Assembly (NCBI GenBank): GCA_021613535.1
Contig: CP075496.1
Location: forward strand, 6,882,001 to 6,946,000
Source: Adineta vaga
Lineage: Eukaryota > Animalia > Rotifera
DNA length: 64,000 bases
Direction: 5' to 3'
Position numbers and translations under genes: made by a program
Shown here: positions 59,401 through 64,000 of the stretch, one piece after another
Layout of the letters: each line of letters starts with the position of its first letter
How positions within the stretch are numbered: the first letter of the stretch is position 1
Notes under the pieces: generated by a model
Database searches by the model: none
What the model saw: only the letters and a program-made list of their open reading frames with translations
Told to the model about the DNA's origin: nothing

Positions 59401-59435
59401 TCACCATGTTCAATATTTGCATTATATTCACTCAT
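53448..59435 (-). CDS. PPIP5K: Inositol hexakisphosphate/diphosphoinositol pentakisphosphate kinase (PPIP5K/Vip1)
   Basis: ATP-grasp kinase motifs ([29 protein letters not shown]) and a histidine phosphatase domain ([29 protein letters not shown]). Confidence 0.95.
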
Positions 59436-59625
59436 TTCGTTATTATGATTTGATTTTAATTAACAAAAAAATACATTACTATCAAAATTGATTTTTATTA
59501 TTCATCTAGTATTATATTATCTATCAGAATATTCTCATCACACATTGGTTTAGAAGGAAAACCTATACGCATATAAGTAACGCCCTCTGTCAATGATTTA
59601 TTTTTCTTGAGTCACTAGATATTGG

Positions 59626-60265
59626 TTATGATGATGATGATGAATGATCCATATGATCACAAGTTAAATTTGCACTTGGAAAAGCAGTTAAACCAAATTT
59701 AATTGTTTGTTTTTTATCATTATTATCATCACCACATGAACATCGACAATTTAATTTATACTCAGGCGTGACAACCTAAATGAGATAGAATCTATAATTT
59801 ATATTTATACGAATTACTTTCACTTAGGCAGATAGATGTTACTTCGTTACGTTTTCACTTATAATTCAAGAAGTCGAGCAAATGAGTTTTTATCCTTAGT
59901 CAGCGTCTTTTTTTTAGTATAATTACATCCTGTTTATATATAACTATCAATTAGACATCATTTTCTGAGTCATTCAAATCGTTTGTCATGCACAAATTAT
60001 AGACTTTACGTACCATTTCATATAAATCTTGAAGAATATGAATATCTTGAAAATCACAATTTGCTATTTTTTTTGTAGTATCACAACAACAATCACAATC
60101 AAGGAATTCTAATTGAAATTGATCTTTTATATAAACATTTTCATTGGATTTCTTCTTATAAATTGAATTCGGGATGTTATTCATTAAAACTTCATTTGTA
60201 GAAGATTGACTGGTACTATTCGATGATTCATCAGTATCATTCTTACAACTCACACGTGAACCCAT
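59626..60265 (-). CDS. Small Cys-rich ORF (exons 60014-60265 and 59626-59775; 133 aa), or an alternative first exon of PPIP5K
   Basis: Phase-0 donor ATG|gtacgt at 60013 and acceptor tttag| at 59776. It contains CDCCCD and CRCSC clusters and an N-terminal MG. Confidence 0.5.
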
Positions 60266-60362
60266 ATATCAAGGGAAAAAAAACTTAATAAATGAAAAAT
60301 GATTGCATTATTTTTTTAAAAAAGCGCTAAGAATCTCTCGACAAACAGTAAACAAATTCTTG

Positions 60363-61361
60363 TTAGATATGAAAAATATATTTCAATTTGAAAGTCAATG
60401 TATTATTAATAATCTTTCTTTTTTTTCGTTTTTGTGTTGGTGATGATATTAATACAGTTGTCACCGATGTGGTTTGTTCATTAGAATGTCGAATATCGAT
60501 TATGTGTGATGATGAAGAAGTTGATTGTTTCTTAGTCATACTCAAAATAATAATCAAAATAATTACACCAATAGTGATGAATCCAAATATCGAATAACGA
60601 AATCGTTGCCAAAAAAGATCACGTTCTTGAATCTTTCGATAATTACTAATTCCTATAAATAGTAAAAAAGCTTTCTCTACACTGAAAACAGAAAAATTAC
60701 TGTACGAAACTATCCTCTTTGTTTGCGACTAAAACCATTTTTTTCAGTGTAATTTGTTTCTGATATATATACAGATCATGCGCAGATTCTATATTAATAG
60801 AATCAACTGTTAAGTTGACAATGTGAAATATGTAGATCCGAGCAAGTATCCGATTAATAACCTGTCTGCTATGAATAAATTACATTTGGTTAATCAAAAT
60901 CTCGTGCTTTATTAACTCGCGGTACAGTCATCTATTTATAATGTAGAGAAAGAAAAATGCTTTTGACAGATGTCTAAATGAAAAAATCTCCATCATTCGA
61001 ATTAACTTCAATCAAATATTATGAGAAGTTCCTCTCTGTCTATGTTAATCTATGAATACAATTCATTCTAATTTTTACCAAAGACAAGATTTTCATTTTT
61101 GCTTAACATCTCTTCAGATCGTAAATGTAATATATCGAGTTGTTCACGTCGATTTGCTGCATGTTCAAGTGCATATCGAAGATCTTGATCCGTTTGATCA
61201 ACAATTCGATGCATCATATCTAATTGTTGTTGATTTTCTTGAACATTTAAATGATTCGTAGTAACTGAAGAAGTTGATTTCTCATTCAGAATGATAGGCA
61301 CTGATTGTGTCGATTTTAATGACAATTTACTCGGCATGTTTCGTTCAAAACTCTTCGACAT
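60363..61361 (-). CDS. Divergent synaptobrevin/VAMP-like R-SNARE with luminal tail
   Basis: ALEHAANRREQLDILHLRSEEM resembles the R-SNARE zero-layer region. Exon 2 encodes FWQRFRY, then a TM helix, then a Ser/Thr-rich and basic tail. Confidence 0.6.
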
Positions 61362-61526
61362 AATCTTTTTACCAAAAAGTTATTTGTAAGAAGAAAAATT
61401 CTTTTTTTTTGATTTCTCATGAAGAGAATTTATCAAACGAGAAAAACAGAGCGCGTTACAGTTTGACTGTCGTATTCGAAGTTTTCGTTTTATTTATACA
61501 AAAAGAAGAAAAAAAAGAAATCCATT

Positions 61527-64000
61527 CTATTTATTTCGACAACGGAGTGACCATTGATAGCGTAATTGTTGCCGTGATCGAAATCGAGCATAACAACATA
61601 AGGTTTCGAGAATAGCTTGACGGAAATTTCGTGAACTATATACATAAAGAAAAGGATTAAGTAGCGAATTGATATAACCAAACCAGAAGATGACACTTTG
61701 AAGAGCACCTGGGAATTTATTCGGATAGAATATCATTGTTGGATAAGAGATCGCAAAAGGAAGCCAACAAATAAGAAAAACAGCAAGAAGAATTCCTAAA
61801 AAAGATATAGAACGAAATGTTTTATTTATATTTCATTAAACATTAATAATATAAACTAAGGTCAGTGTATATGCTCAACTAAAAGATTGCATGCAATAAT
61901 AAGAAAAAGAAGAAATTAGTGAAGTGAATTGGCATGAACTTATTGAAATGTCTTTATTGTTTAGTTGACAAACAATTTCCCTTTTCCGATTTCGATATCA
62001 ATTAACATATGCACTTAAAATACAACTACTTTTTCCCTTACCCAGCATTCGACTTGCTTTTTGATTGCGTCGTAATCGGGCTTTATGTCGTTCATGCATG
62101 AATTGTGCAACGGCTCGTTGACTATATCGACTTGAATGATATGATGTTGATACATTTGATTGTTGAGTATGACGATTAAATCGACGATGATCATCATCAA
62201 GTGGATTATCGAATGATGAACTATGATCTGATAAATCTGGGGGAGCAATACCATTATTATTAAGACATTGAGTGGATGAATGTGACTGAGATCGACTACG
62301 TTCATTAGTAGATATATTAGGTTGATGAAGTGTATGATCTAGATCTTGAGGATGATGATGGTGATGATGATGATCTTCGATAATCGCTTTAGTAATAATT
62401 GTTTGAGATTGATTTTGATATTGTTGTTGATGATAATAATAATATGAAACACAACGTGCAGCTGGCAATGATGATGTACGAGTACTAAGACGAGTACGAA
62501 CCAATTGTTGTTCTTCATCTTGATGATTACGTACATCATTTTTTAATCGATTTTCTTCATTTATTTCGGATTGAAAACGTTTTTGTCCAGTAAATGTTGC
62601 TGTTGTTGTATGTCGAGTTGAATGATGAGGAAGGTGAGTTGATAAACTTTTGATTTTTTTATCTTTTGCTGTCGATGTTGATCGTCGTTTTCGATCCATT
62701 ACATGAGGATATTCACTATTCGTTTGTTGATGAATGGGTACTTCATGTATGTTGATCGGTTTTTCATTTATACTTAAAACTTCTTTTCGAACTGATTTTT
62801 GTGTACGATTTCGTTGAAAATATTTATAAATCAGAGCTCGTAATGATGATAATGATATTGATGTTGATGTTATACTACTTTTATTATGACCTGTATAATT
62901 ACTAAAGGCAGGTGACATTGTTGATGGTGTAAGAACTGATGTTTTCAAATCGTTTGATGATCCATTTAAATTAAATGTGTCCCAAGTACCGCGAATCTAT
63001 TGAAAGAAAAAGATTGATTAAAAATAACACTTGAATTTGAGCTTTACTACTCTATAATCGAATAAAACATAATGAAGACCAGTATTTTACTTCTTAACAC
63101 TGAAAACTAAAAATAAATCTTTCAGATTTTCAAGTACTAATCCTTGACTTAAACAGTTTTTCTTCGCTCATTTACATATAGTTTTATGCTCATTGATAGG
63201 TAGACGTTAGAAGAGGATATTTACGTAGGGAAAATCTCTTAGATCTCGTTGTATACGAAAACTATTGAAAATAATCTAAGAAAAGATTTGATCAGGCATA
63301 TAATTTATTTTCCTTCATTAAATATTCTTTTGTTACTTTGATCATATATTTATAACCCTATTTTTCTTTGAAAAACTCGTCAAACACACTACAAATAAAC
63401 TTACTAGAACCTCGATATTCTTAATATTAACTATAATTCTTGAGTAACAAGCAAGCATAAACAATAATGGAATATAATAAAAAAATGTACATAGGATAAG
63501 AATTATATATGGACGTGCTGGATGAACACAACCTGGTTGATTTGTTGTGTAATAATGTGCAATAAGAATTGAACTTGGCCAAATTAAAAATGGAATAGCC
63601 CATGAAATAATAATGAATATTAATATCGATGAATAGGAACGATTACGTAGATGAAAATAGGGTGCTAGAGAAGAAAAATGAAAAAATAAACATTTTCAAT
63701 AAAACAAATCAAAATAGAATCTCTACCAGTTAATGCCCAATATCGATCTAAAGCCATTGAAGCAAGTGTAAGAAATGATGCTGTTGAACATGTAAAATCA
63801 ATAGCCATCCATGCATAACAAAGACGATAATCCAATGGCCAACGTAAATGTAAGGAATGCATGGTCATAAATGGCATAACAAATAAACCAACAAAAAAAT
63901 CGGCTAAACATAAACTAACAATGAAAGAGTCCGAATATGATCGTGTATGAAGCCGTAATTTAACGGAAATCAAAACTAAACCATTACCTAGAAAGTCAAT
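61527..64000 (-). CDS. Class A biogenic-amine GPCR (5' truncated by window edge)
   Basis: GN (TM1), LCLADF (TM2), IDFTCSTAS..LDRY (TM3 with Asp3.32), YYIP (TM5), long ICL3, KASRMLG..CWLPF (TM6) and FWFGYINSLLNPFLY (TM7). Confidence 0.92.

Overview
AT-rich, gene-dense eukaryotic (metazoan) genomic DNA with very short GT-AG introns (mostly about 45-65 nt). It is most consistent with a bdelloid rotifer; this is inferred from intron size, compactness and putative foreign genes. I assembled 27 spliced protein-coding models by hand: a J-domain-like fragment, TPD52, PET100, TPGS2, ataxin-3-like, DCAF17, calmodulin-like, COX6C, OSBPL9, ribokinase, ARF, NTPDase, MYG1, PELP1, ATP synthase alpha, a clan-2 P450, an SGNH hydrolase, an orphan gene, EFCAB10, phytochelatin synthase, TAF1C, a 7-PDZ scaffold, MESH1/HDDC3, PPIP5K, a Cys-rich ORF, an R-SNARE and an aminergic GPCR. 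I recognised no rRNA, tRNA, CRISPR array or intact transposon. The most striking feature is operon-like organisation. Runs of co-oriented genes have stop-to-start spacers as short as about 90-160 bp, and many genes carry an unpaired pyrimidine-AG acceptor just before the ATG, which suggests polycistronic transcription resolved by spliced-leader trans-splicing. Other points of interest are two HGT candidates (SGNH hydrolase, phytochelatin synthase), PPIP5K microexons and an alternative first exon, and several lineage-specific protein modifications. All gene calls rest on recalled motifs, not database searches, and exon boundaries were read manually.
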